In this document: one piece after another, positions 51,345 to 64,000 of the stretch
Layout: each line of letters starts with the position of its first letter
Position numbering within the stretch: the first letter of the stretch is position 1
Source: Macrostomum lignano
Taxonomy: Eukaryota
Length of the DNA: 64,000 bases
Direction: 5' to 3'
Assembly: GCA_002269645.1 (NCBI GenBank)
Contig: NIVC01002186.1
Coordinates: 1 to 64,000, forward strand
Notes under the pieces: model-generated
What the model was told of the DNA's origin: nothing
Databases searched by the model: none
Seen by the model: the letters and a program-made list of their open reading frames with translations, nothing else
Program-made: the position numbers and the translations under genes

Positions 51345-51850
51345 TTAGATTGGTGTGGTAGATTGCTGTGGTAGATTGCTGTGGTAGATTAGTATGGTAG
51401 AATGATGAGGTAGATTGGTGCGGTGGTCGATCGATGTAATAGATTGGTGTGGTAGATCGGTGTAGTAGATTGGTGTGGTAGATCGGTGTAGTAGATTGGT
51501 GTGGTAGATCGGTGTAGTAGATTGGTGTGGTAGATCGGTGTAGTAGATTGGTGTGGTAGATTGGTGTGGTAGATTGTTGTGGTAGATTGCTGTGGTAGAT
51601 TAGTATGGTAGAATGATGAGGTAGATTGGTGCGGTGGTCGATCGATGTAGTAGATTGGTGTGGTAGATCGGTGTAGTAGATTGGTGTGGTAGATCGATGT
51701 AGTAGATTGGTGTGGTAGATCGGTGTAGTAGATTGGTGTGGTAGATCGGTGTAGTAGATTGGTGTGGTAGATCGGTGTAGTAGATTGGTGTAGTAGATTG
51801 GTGTGGTAGACTTTTGTGGTAGATTTTGTAGGGTAGATTTGCTTGGTGGA
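51345..51850. repeat. 13-bp minisatellite with higher-order duplication
   Basis: Units GTAGATTGGTGTG / GTAGATCGGTGTA. Confidence 0.94.
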
Positions 51851-52544
51851 TTGGTACACAGCAAATTAATTTGCTACTCACAAGTATTATATATAACCCT
51901 GCCAAATATCAAAGTGGCCGCACAGCTCGAGCCAAACACAGGGTGGGTGGGGTGTGTCCGATCTACTTGGCTCATAAAGTGTGCATATTCAATACCGAAT
52001 TGTTAGCCTACTGGTGGGTATTCACAGTTTCTTTGAAAAGATTGATGGGACAATAGGCGAGGATTGTAGGCTAAATGCACGCGTTATGCGTATTGATTTT
52101 CTATGCCAAAGCTCCAGCATCCTCTATGAATGCGCACGGTTTTCTCCTTGGGTGTAGGGATCGGCATTTTATTGAGGCCGGGCAGCGAATTCTTCCCTCG
52201 TATCAGCCTCTTTAAGGCTGCGGTCATGCGCCGAATCGTGGGATATGATGGGATTATTTCAGCCTGAAACCAAATTGATTGATTGCAGAGGCGCGAAAAG
52301 GGGGATCCGCGCGCAGCAGAGGGCAGGCAGTTCACCCTGTTCTGTGCATCGCAAAAATCACACCTGCTAAAAGAGGCTTAGCGTATGCCGACGCCGCTGA
52401 CACCTTGACTATAATTAAAGGCGAGGCGAAGTGTGATAGCGATTTTTCTATGAATACTGCTTCAGCCTGCAGTATAGTTTTAGAATGCATTCAGTTGGAC
52501 AGGTTTTTTCCTTTTTCTGGACTTCCGGTTGTCATTCAGGGCTA

Positions 52545-54208
52545 TCAGTTCATTCCGGTGATCATTCAGAACCATCAGTTCATTCCGGTGATCACCCGGA
52601 GCCATCAGTTCATTTCGGTGATCACCCGGAGCCATCAGTTCATTCCGGTGATCATTCAGAACCATCAGTTCATTCCGGTGATCACCCGGAGCCATCAGTT
52701 CATTTCGGTGATCACCCGGAGCCATCAGTTCATTCCGGTGATCATTCAGAACCATCAGTTCATTCCGGTGATCACCCGGAGCCATCAGTTCATTTCGGTG
52801 AACATTCGGAGCCATCAGTTCATTTCGGTGATCACCCGGAGCCATCAGTTCATTTCGGTGATCATTCGGAGCCATCAGTTCATTCCGGTGATCAGTCGGA
52901 GCCATCAGTTCATTCCGGTGATCATTCGGAGCCATCAGTTCATTTCGGTGATCATTTGGAGTCACCAGTTCATTCCGGTGATAATCTCTGGAGCCATCAG
53001 TTCATTCCGGTGATCATCTCTGGAGCCATCATTTCATTCCGGGATAATCTCTGGAGCCATCAGTTCATTCCGGTGATCATTCAGGGCCATCAGTTCATTC
53101 CGGTGATCATTCGGAGCCATCAGTTCATTCCGGTGATCATTCGGAGCCATCAGTTCATTCCGGTGATCAGTCGGAGCCATCAGTTCATTTCGGTGATCAC
53201 CCGGAGCCATCAGTTCATTTCGGTGATCATTCGGAGCCATCAGTTCATTTCGGTGATCATTTGGAGTCACCAGTTCATTCCGGTGATAATCTCTGGAGCC
53301 ATCAGTTCATTCCGGTGATCATCTCTGGAGCCATCATTTCATTCCGGTGATAATCTCTGGAGCCATCAGTTCATTCCGGTGATCATCTCTGGAGCCATCA
53401 GTTCATTTCGGTGATCATTCAGAACCATCAGTTCATTCCGGTGATAATCTCTGGAGCCATCAGTTCATTCCGGTGATCATTCAGAACCATCAGTTCATTT
53501 CGGTGATAATCTCTGGAGCCATCAGTTCATTCCGGTGATCATTCAGAGCCATCAGTTCATTCCGGTGATAATCTCTGGAGCCATCAGTTCATTCCGGTGA
53601 TAATCTCAGAACCATCAGTTCATTCCGGTGATAATCTCTGGAGCCATCAGTTCATTCCGGTGATCATCTCTGGAGCCATCAGTTCATTCCGGTGATCATC
53701 TCTGGAGCCATCAGTTCATTCCGGTGATAATCTCTGGAGCCATCAGTTCATTCCGGTGATCATTCAGAACCATCAGTTCATTCCGGTGATCATTCAGAAC
53801 CATCAGTTCATTCCGGTGATCATTCAGAACCATCAGTTCATTCCGGTGATAATCTCTGGAGCCATCAGTTCATTCCGGTGATCATTCAGAACCATCAGTT
53901 CATTTCGGTGATCATTCAGAACCATCAGTTCATTCCGGTGATCATTCAGAACCATCAGTTCATTCCGGTGATAATCTCTGGAGCCATCAGTTCATTCCGG
54001 TGATCATTCAGAACCATCAGTTCATTCCGGTGATCACCCGGAGCCATCAGTTCATTTCGGTGATCACCCGGAGCCATCAGTTCATTCCGGTGATCATTCG
54101 GAGCCATCAGTTCATTCCGGTGATCATTCGAAGCCATCAGTTCATTCCGGTGATCATTCGGAGCCATCAGTTTATTGCGGTGATCATTCGGGGCCATCAG
54201 TTCATTCC
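52545..54208. repeat. 30-bp minisatellite, ~55 copies
   Basis: Unit CATCAGTTCATTCCGGTGATCATTCGGAGC. Confidence 0.97.
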
Positions 54209-54693
54209 GTGTGGTTAAGTGTGAATGCACTTATAGCTCGCAGAATATCGATAAAAACAGATGAGAAACAGGTCATAAAAACGAGGGCCACCATTCGGCA
54301 GACTGTCTTTGCAACACCTGGATGGCCTCGAGTTTACCTTGGGGGAGAATTTTGTCTGAATGAAATATTGCCCAGCAGTACCTGATGATGATATAGGATG
54401 AGTCACACTCTACCACCGGCCCCTGGGCCCAATTTAACCTAAGATCCCAGACTGCCTCTCACCTAGCAACCTCTCTCGGGTTCTTTCTTACTTTTTTTGC
54501 TCCTTTCAGCTGTCCGCCGCAGCTGGGCCAAAGCATTAATTTGAATATTAGAAGGGGAAAGATTTCTTCAGGTGCAAATCCGCCACACACCGCCCTACTG
54601 CAGAGAGAACCGAGCAGCTTTGGAGGTCCCCAGCGGCTGCAGCACTTCTTTTTGGTCTGGCTGGCGCTGTTAAATGCAATGCGCAAAATATCA

Positions 54694-55513
<820 letters not shown>

Positions 55514-56212
55514 CTATTGTCAAATCCTAATTCAAAGCTTTGGTCCCAGAATGTTCCACTTTAGGGTGGGGGGTCCTTGTTAGGGATTTTGTCCCCTATT
55601 TTTGTCTCCCCTATCTCCCAGCCCTTGTAGACTCGCATGCGCGGTGCTCCCATTCTTGGCCAGAATCGTTCCCCCCAATCACCTTGGAAGGACATTAATC
55701 CCATTATTGGACCCATCCCAGTTCTCCCCAGCCTCCCTAGGGACTAAGGAAATACAGGGCCCTTGTTGTTACTCGTATCAGTTCATTTGGTAACAGAAGG
55801 AACTTTTTAGTTTCAAGCCACCTCGCATTTCTCCCTCTCTGTGCCTCTCCCTGTGTCTCTAGTCATCTATTATCCGTCCCACCCTTCCTTTACTTTTCTT
55901 ACGTCTCCTTCCACCGATCTACCTCTCCTTCCAAATCTCCCCCTCCCCCCTCTGCCTCCACCTCTCCCCTCTGCCTCCACATCTCCCATCTGCCTCAACA
56001 TCTCCCCCTCCGGCTCCATTTCTCTCCCTCCCCCTTTACCTCAACATCTCCCCCTCCGGCTCCACCTCTTTCCCTCCCCGTCTCTTTCCACCTCTCTCCC
56101 CCTCTCTCCACCTCTCTCTCTCCCCTCTCCTTCGTGCTCTGTCCCTCTCACCATCTCACCATTCTTCTCACCTCCACTTCATTTAACCCTCCACCCTCCT
56201 TTCTTCCATCTC

Positions 56213-56628
56213 CATCCATATCCATGTTCCCATCTCCATATCTATCCATGTTCCCATCTCCATATCTATCCATGTTCCCATCTCCATATCTATCCATGTT
56301 CCCATCTCCATATCTATCCATGTTCCTATCTCCATATCTATCCATGTTCCCATCTCCATATCTATCCATGTTCCCATCTCCATATCTATCCATGTTCCCA
56401 TCTCCATATCTATCCATGTTCCCATCTCCATATCTATCCATGTTCCCATCTCCATATCTATCCATGTTCCATCTCCATATCTATCCATGTTCCCATCTCC
56501 ATATCTATCCATGTTCCCATCTCCATATCTATCCATGTTCCCATCTCCATATCTATCCATGTTCCCATCTCCATATCTATCCATGTTCCATCTCCATATC
56601 TATCCATGTTCCCATCTCCATATCTATC
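56213..56628. repeat. 24-bp minisatellite
   Basis: Unit CCATGTTCCCATCTCCATATCTAT. Confidence 0.96.
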
Positions 56629-57234
56629 ACTGTCCCGCATTTCGCTCCTCAATCTCTACTTCTTCAAACGCCAACTCTACCCATCTCTAATCAGTTTCCC
56701 TACCTCTCATCTAACCTACTATCCCCGTTCTCTTCATAATTTCTCTTTCACTCTGTCTCCTCATTTTCCCTATCCCTACTTCCCTCAATTTCCCAAAATC
56801 GGCCCTTTCACAACCCAAAGCTTTATCCCATACCGTGCCACGCAAATTCCCCATGGTGTCATACCGTTCCCATCCAGGCCCGATTTCGAACAAAAAGCTT
56901 GAATCCATATTCGCCATATTGCATGGAGCGTTCGCTGCCTGGCAGCAAAAATTGAGATTTGTATCAATCAATACAAATCGGGTTTGAAGGCAGGGTCATG
57001 AGGTGGGCCTTGTTCAGTTTCTGTTGCTTGTATCAGTTTTTAATTCTCGCTTTGTAGCAAGTTGTGATTAAATAAAAATACACGTAGCGATGCATTATTA
57101 GGGAGGAATAACTACAATAAGTGTCACATCTTCGCGTGGCTCCCGGCTTGCTGAAATCCTGTCTCCTGCTTCCAATGTCTCCCTTAACTACTTTTCTTCA
57201 GTTCTCTCTCTATCACTCTCCCTTCTGTGACTCT

Positions 57235-59035
57235 GTCACTTCTCCCTCCATCTGCCTACCTGTCTTCTATATCTACGAGTGCCTTTCTTTCCTCTATCTG
57301 CCTCTCTCCCCTCCATCTGCCTACCTGTCTTCTATATCTACGATTGCCTTTCTTTCCTCTATCTGCCTCTCTCCCCTCTATCTGTCTCTCTCCCCTCTAT
57401 CTGCCTACCTGTCTTCTATATCTACGAGTGCCTTTCTCTCCTCTATCTGCTTCTCTCCTCTATCTGCCTCTCTCCTCTATCTGCCTCTCTCCTCTATCTG
57501 CTTCTCTCCTCTATCTACTCTCTCTCCTCTATCTGTCTCTCTCCCCTCTATCTGTCTCTCTCTTCTCTATCTGCCTCTCTCTCCTCTATCTACCTCTCTC
57601 TCCTCTATCTGTCTCTCTCCCCTCTATCTGTCTCTCTCTTCTCTATCTGCCTCTCTCTCCTCTATCTGTCTCTCTCTCCTCTATCTGTCTCTCTCCCCTC
57701 TATCTGTCTCTCTCTCTCCTCTATCTGCTTCTCTCCTCTATCTGCTTCTCTCCTCTATCTACCTCTCTCTCCTCTATCTGTCTCTCTCCCCTCTATCTGT
57801 CTCTCTCTCTCCTCTATCTGCCTCTCTCCTCTATCTGCCTCTCTCCCCTATTTGCCTCTCTCCCCTCTATCTGTCTCTCTCTCTCCTCTATCTGCCTCTC
57901 TCCTCTATCTGCCTCTCTCCCCTCTATCTGCCTACCTGTCTTCTATATCTACGAGTGCCTTTCTCTCCTCTATCTGCTTCTCTCCTCTATCTGCCTCTCT
58001 CCTCTATCTGCCTCTCTCCTCTATCTGCTTCTCTCCTCTATCTACCTCTCTCTCCTCTATCTGTCTCTCTCTCCTCTATCTACCTCTCTCTCCTCTATCT
58101 GTCTCTCTCTCCTCTATCTGTCTCTCTCTCTCCTCTATCTGCCTCTCTCCTCTATCTACCTCTCTCTCCTCTATCTGTCTCTCTCCCCTCTATCTGTCTC
58201 TCTCTCCTCTATCTGCTTCTCTCCTCTCTATCTGCCTCTCTCTCCTCTATCTGTCTCTCTCTCCTCTATCTGTCTCTCTCTCCTCTATCTGTCTCTTTCT
58301 CTCTCCTCTATCTGCTTCTCTCCTCTATCTGCTTCTCTCCTCTATCTGTCTCTCTCTCCTCTATCTGTCTCTCTCCCCTCTATCTGTCTCTCTCTCTCCT
58401 CTATCTGCCTCTCTCCTCTATCTGCCTCTCTCCCCTATCTGCCTCTCTCCCCTCTATCTGTCTCTCTCTCCTCTATCTGCCTCTCTCCCCTATCTGCCTC
58501 TCTCCCCTCTATCTGTCTCTCTCTCTCCTCTATCTGCCTCTCTCCTCTATCTGCCTCTCTCCCCTCTATCTGTCTCTCTCCTCTATCTGCCTCTCTCCCC
58601 TCTATCTGTCTCTCTCCCCTCTATCTGTCTCTCTCTTCTCTATCTGTCTCTCTCCCCTCTATCTGTCTCTCTCCCCTCTATCTGTCTCTCTCCTCTATCT
58701 GTCTCTCTCCCCTCTATCTGTCTCTCTCTTCTCTATCTGTCTCTCTCCCCTCTATCTGTCTCTCTCCCCTCTATCTGTCTCTCTCTTCTCTATCTGTCTC
58801 TCTCCCCTCTATCTGTCTCTCTCTCCTCTATCTGTCTCTCTCCCCTCTATCTGTCTCTCTCTCCTCTATCTGTCTCTCTCCCCTCTATCTGTCTCTCTCT
58901 CTCCTCTATCTGCCTCTCTCCTCTATCTGCCTCTCTCCCCTATCTGCCTCTCTCCTATCCTCTCTCTCTCCTCTATCTGCCTCTCTCTATCTGCCTCTCT
59001 ATCTGTCTCTCTCCTCTATCTACCTCTCTCTTCCT
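57235..59035. repeat. CT-rich compound minisatellite
   Basis: CTCTATCTG(T/C)CTCTCTC(C) units of variable length. Confidence 0.94.
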
Positions 59036-59564
59036 CTGTCTCACAGACAAGACCCGACTAATATGCGTCCCTGGCTCTGATCAGCTCTTTCCTGCTATAT
59101 CTCACTCATATTTTACAATCCTTCACTGCCCCCGACAGTCGCAATGCTTAATTAAACAGCTTCTTGACTGCTCAGCCAGTCGGCCAAGGCCGCAGCACAG
59201 CTGCTACCTGGTTATAGGTGAACGCGGCTTCGAGTCTTGCAGGGCAGCTTCCGGGGGGGAGGGAACGGCGGGGGGCCGGATGTGCGTGAGGGAACATTTT
59301 TGTCAAGCAAAATTAACTAGCAGGCCTCAGCGCTAAAGGCCGCACCGCTGACGGCGGCGAAAAGATGTAATATAGAAAGTTATTTATCGATACATATAGG
59401 GGATTTTTATGCCCAATACAAGTTGCACTAATAGCCGCTTATAATGCAGGGGCTTAAAAATTTTCATTTAAATAGTTTTGGTCAAAATGGCTTACTAGCT
59501 AGATCATTTGAAGTGTGTTGTTAAAAACTGTATTCGTTTGCCTTAAAAACATGTATTAATGAGC

Positions 59565-60030
59565 TCTCGCCCTATATCCCTATCCTCCCTCTCTTCTCGA
59601 CCTCCCACTCTCTCCCTATTCCATCCCTCTAATTTTCACTCTCTCCCTCTCTACATCTCTCTCTCCCTCTCTTCCTCTCTCCCTGTCTCCCTGTCTCCCT
59701 CTCTCCCTCTCCCCTCTCTCCCTCTCTCCCTGTCTCCCTCCCTCCCTGTCCCCCTCCCTCTCTCTCTCCCTCTCTCCCTCTCTCCCTCTCTCCCTGTCTC
59801 CCTCTCCCCCTCCCTCTCTACCTCTCTCCTTCTCTCCCTCTCTCCCTCTCTCCCTCTCTCCCTCCCTCCCTGTCTCCCTGTCTCCCTCTCTCCCTCTCCC
59901 TCTCTCCCTGTCTCCCTCTCTCCCTTCCTCCCTCTCTCCCTGTCTCCCTCTCCCCCTCCCTCTCTACCTCTCTCCTTCTCTCCCTCTCTCCCTCTCTCCC
60001 TCTCTCCCTCTCTCCCCCTCCGCCTCTCCC
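59565..60030. repeat. Pyrimidine-rich low-complexity tract
   Basis: CTCTCCCT/CTGTCTCC units. Confidence 0.9.
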
Positions 60031-60617
60031 CACGCATTGTCCGGCATATCAAGCTGTCTCGAGTCCCGTGCTTGAATTTTCAGCCAGTCTTTTTCTTTGT
60101 CAAATTTTCCTGATTCTTCGCTGTCAGCTTAAAATCCTCTTATTTAATCTCCTCCTCAAGTACTCTGGAAATCCGCTGGCATGTCGAAATCTTTTGTGCA
60201 GGCAGCAGCAGGTTTTGCTCTTCTCCGCCGACAGGGGGGAGGGCTTTAGAGTCTCGAACGATAGAGAGAGTGAGTGGGAAAAGAAGGAATTAATTCGAAT
60301 AGCTAGTTACCAAGCTGTCGCGAGGCCTGTCTGCGGTAATCTCTGGCAACATGCGCGATCTCCGCTGCGCCCCCCCCCTACGGCCGACGGATTACGGAGG
60401 GTCACGACAGGTCCGCTCAAAAGTGGCCGCACACTTCCTTAACTCGCGTCATTGCTCAAGGCTAATCCCCCCCCGCCCTCTTCCCCCCAAAGCGCCTGCC
60501 TCAAAAAAGCTGCTGAAAAATTGCACTCTAGTATTGCTAATCGAATGCAGACCGACCAGACGACTGCTACAGTGTGTGCAGGAGCATACTTTTGTGCCGC
60601 TCAGTCACTATTGTGCT

Positions 60618-61150
60618 GTCCTGTCTCTCCTCTCTCATATCCTGTCTCTCATCTCTCATATCCTGTCTCTCATCTCTCATATCCTATATCTCATCGTTTA
60701 TATCCTGTCTCTCATCTCTCATATCCTGTCTCTCATCTCTCATATCCTGTCTCTCCTCTCTCATATCCTGTCTCTCCTCTCTCATATCCTGTCTCTCATC
60801 TCTCATATCATGTCTCTCCTCTCTCATATCCTGTCTCTCATCTCTCATATCCTGTCTCTCATCTCTCATATCCTGTCTCTCATCTCTCATATCCTGTCTC
60901 TCCTCTCTCATATCCTGTCTCTCATCTCTCATATCCTGTCTCTCATCTCTCATATCCTGTCTCTCATCTCTCATATCCTGTCTCTCATCTCTCATATCCT
61001 GTCTCTCATCTCTCTATATCCTGTCTCTCATCGCTTATATCCTGTCTCTCATCTCTCATATCCTGTCTCTCATCTCTCATATCCTGTCTCTCATCTCTCA
61101 TATCCTGTCTCTCATCTCTCATATCCCGTCTCTCATCTCTCATATCCTAT
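60618..61150. repeat. 21-bp minisatellite
   Basis: Unit ATCCTGTCTCTCATCTCTCAT. Confidence 0.96.
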
Positions 61151-61587
61151 TTCCCAGTTCCCGCCAGATTCATTAGACTGTGCAACCAGATGCAAAAGAA
61201 CCTGAACATTATTTTAGCATCGGGGGGGAGCAACACTATCCAGTATAGAGAATTCACGAGCTGACATTTGATTGGTCCAAAGCAGTGCCCACCAACTTGA
61301 AATTGCGCCTATCATTGGCGTCTGAATCCCTGGACTAGAAATTCCTGTCCGTGCACAATGTCTATATTATCGTATGTTGCAGATTTTCTGCATCTTCTTC
61401 ACCAGCTGGCTTCTAGACAGCAATATACTGAATCATTTTACTAAATAATAGAAGCCAATCCTTTAATGTGGTTGCCGCCTCTGCTTTTGCTGGCTCTGCT
61501 GCCGGCAGCGGCTGTTGCTTTGCAGAAAATCAATAATCCTCAACAAGAAAATTTTGATGTTCATAACCGGAAATTCCATCCTGACAG

Positions 61588-61736
61588 GCGGCTATCATTT
61601 GTCACCAAGGAGACTGGCTACATCATCTCCGGTCTGCAGCCTGACACCGCCTACACCGTACAGGTGTCCGCTCAGGGCTCCAGTGATCAGCTGCGAAGCC
61701 GGCCTGCCGTGATGACCTTCCGTACTGAGAGGGCCG
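61588..61736 (+). CDS. DCC: DCC-family exon 9 (FN3-1 C-half)
   Basis: cctgacag|G CGG...; YIISGLQPDTAYTVQVSAQG...SRPAVMTFRT (FN3 L.P.T.Y...V.A motif); G|gtgagt, phase 2 to 1. Confidence 0.92.
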
Positions 61737-61741
61737 GTGAG

Positions 61742-62035
61742 TGTGGCTGAGTGACCCAATCAAGTGGCTGAGTGACCCTGCGGTGGTGGCTGAGTGACCC
61801 TGCGGTGGTGGCTGAGTGACCCTGCGGTGGTGGCTGAGTGACCCTGCGGTGGTGGCTGAGTGACCCTGCGGTGGTGGCTGAGTGACCCTGCGGTGGTGGC
61901 TGAGTCAAGTGGCTGAGTGACACGGCTCGCTGATTCAAGTGGCTGAGAGACCCTTCGGTGATGGCTGAATGTCCCTGCGTAATGGCTTATTCAAGTGGCT
62001 GAGTGACTAAGTGGTTGAGTGGCTGAGACAGAAGT
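61742..62035. repeat. 22-bp minisatellite starting at the exon-9 donor, degenerating 3'
   Basis: Unit TGGCTGAGTGACCCTGCGGTGG. Confidence 0.92.
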
Positions 62036-62153
62036 CCACAGACCACAGAAGACCACAGACCACATCCACTACCACAGAAGTCCCTGTGGTAGTGGATGGG
62101 TGTTTCTGCGGTGTTGGCTGAGTCAAGTGGCTGTGTCCATAAGGGTTTGGTGA

Positions 62154-62671
62154 GGGTCAGTGAGGGTCAGTGAGGGTCAGTGAGGGTGAGGGTCAGTGAG
62201 GGTCAGTGAGGGTCAGTGAGGGTCAGTGAGGGTCAGTGAGGGTCAGTGAGGGTCAGTGAGGGTCAGTGAGGGTCAGTGAGGGTCAGTGAGGGTCAGTGAG
62301 GGTCAGTGAGGGTCAGTGAGGGTCAGTGAGGGTCAGTGAGGGTCAGTGAGGGTCAGTGAGGGTCAGTGAGGGTCAGTGAGGGTCAGTGAGGGTCACTGAG
62401 GGTCAGTGAGGGTCAGTGAGGGTCAGTGAGGGTCACTGAGGGTCAGTGAGGGTCAGTGAGGGTCAGTGAGGGTCAGTGAGGGTCAGTGAGGGTCACTGAG
62501 GGTCAGTGAGGGTCAGTGAGGGTCAGTGAGGGTCAGTGAGGGTCAGTGAGGGTCAGTGAGGGTCAGTGAGGGTCAGTGAGGGTCAGTGAGGGTCACTGAG
62601 GGTCACTGAGGGTCACTGAGGGTCAGTGAGGGTCAGTGAGGGTCACTGAGGGTCACTGAGGGTCAGTGAGG
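62154..62671. repeat. 10-bp repeat (GAGGGTCAGT)n, ~51 copies
   Basis: Near-perfect decamer run ending ~54 bp before the exon-10 acceptor. Confidence 0.97.
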
Positions 62672-62725
62672 TCTTTTACATCGCAACCCGTTTCCAACCG
62701 CCCTCCTTCAACGCCAACCTGGCAG

Positions 62726-62834
62726 CTCCGTCACCGGATCCGGTTCGAAGTTTTCGGGTCCTGGCTACGAATTCGACTGATCTCCAGATCTCCTGGGACC
62801 CGCCTGCGGCAGCGTCCGACTGCTTAGTGGTGCT
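62726..62834 (+). CDS. DCC: DCC-family exon 10 (FN3-2 N-half); gene probably continues beyond the window
   Basis: ctggcag|CT CCG...; PDPVRSFRVLATNSTDLQISWDPP resembles DCC FN3-2 [24 protein letters not shown]; CT|gtgagt. Confidence 0.88.
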
Positions 62835-63711
62835 GTGAGTTGCTGGACTTGGATTTATTATTGCTAATGTAGCTAATGGATTTTTAATGTAGCTCATGGA
62901 CTGCTAATTCAGCTCATGGATTGCTAGTCTAGTTCAAGCACTAAGGCCGGGTTATAATAAACAGTTTGTTATTATCTAGATAGTTTATGAAGTGGATTGC
63001 TAGTCTATCCAATGAGCATATCTTTAAGTATCCGAAATATTGGATTCTTCTAGCTGATTGCTAAATTCTCATTTGACCTCCAATAATCATGGATAATTAA
63101 TTGCAAACACACACCATAATGCGAGGCAGCCTTGGCCGCAGCTCATGCCGAAGAGCTTATGGCATGAGTCGGCTCTGGTAGAGAGAAAGAGAGCTTTGCT
63201 TTTCATAACTGGGCAAGGCAGCTTCGGCTGCTTTTTCATAGAGAAGAAAATTGTGCCGCATGACTGACTCATCCTGCGTTTGGAGGGATTTTTTTGAGTG
63301 CTCCAGCTTCTCTGCCTCATCATCTCCCTTCCCCTCTCTCTTGGCATCAATGACTCGCTAGAATTTCTGTGGGACAGGACTCTGGGAACTCCCCCCCCTC
63401 GGCCCCTTCCTTCTCAGCTCACTCTCCACTGGACACTCGAGTGGCCTTCGCTGTGGAGTGCGGACTCTGAAACTGTATGAGGCTGTAAGGAGCTTAAAAA
63501 TGTGCAGGCTAGATTTTTTAAAAATTGACTGGCTAGGAATCAGCCTCTCGATCATTCACGCAGTTTTAGATTCGATTTTCCCAATACTGCCGTCATTTGG
63601 GATTGACATCGAGTGGCGCTCTGCATTGCTAGCAATCTGGACTTTCAAATTCAGACTGATGGAGATTGGAAATTGTTGCTTTAAGTAGGAATATGCTGAG
63701 CCTTAGCACCG

Positions 63712-64000
63712 AAGGACCCTAGCAACGAAGGACCCTAGCAACAAAGGATCCTAGCAACGAAGGACCGTAGCAACAAAGGACCCTAGCAACAAAAGATCCT
63801 AGCAACAAAGGACCCTAGCAACAAAACACCCTAGCAATAAAGGACCCTAGCAACAAAGGACCCTAGCAACAAAGGACCCTAGCAACGAAGGACCGTAGCA
63901 ACAAAGGACCCTAGCAACAAAAGATCCTAGCAACAAAGGACCCTAGCAACAAAACACCCTAGCAATAAAGGACCCTAGCAACAAAGGACCCTAGCAACAA
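63712..64000. repeat. 16-bp minisatellite with a 128-bp higher-order repeat; runs off the window
   Basis: Unit GGACCCTAGCAACAAA; the same run of variant units recurs 128 bp apart. Confidence 0.95.

Overview
Eukaryotic (animal) genomic DNA. The minisatellite-packed introns, GC-rich exons and divergent TIA-1 sequence suggest a flatworm such as Macrostomum (inference only). Two spliced genes are transcribed divergently. (1) Minus strand: a TIA-1/TIAR-like RNA-binding protein with four phase-consistent coding exons (17487 to 5640). It has an Ala-rich N-terminus, no recognisable RRM1, a clear TIA-1-type RRM2 and a 1-nt frameshift in RRM2; its 3' end is unresolved. (2) Plus strand: a DCC/neogenin/frazzled-family netrin receptor with ten phase-consistent exons (22465 to 62834) encoding a signal peptide, 4 Ig domains, FN3-1 and the start of FN3-2, probably continuing beyond the window. 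The ~5 kb between the two starts holds a convergent tRNA-Pro(TGG)/tRNA-Asn(GTT) pair and an internally deleted IS630-Tc1-mariner element with perfect 48-bp TIRs. There are five copies of a tRNA-derived CORE(MIR-like)-SINE and one candidate second SINE. About 35 tandem or low-complexity arrays cover roughly 45% of the window (hand estimate ~29 kb); many lie flush against splice sites. The long ORFs in the supplied track over these arrays are artefacts. Array boundaries are approximate; exon boundaries were read by hand.
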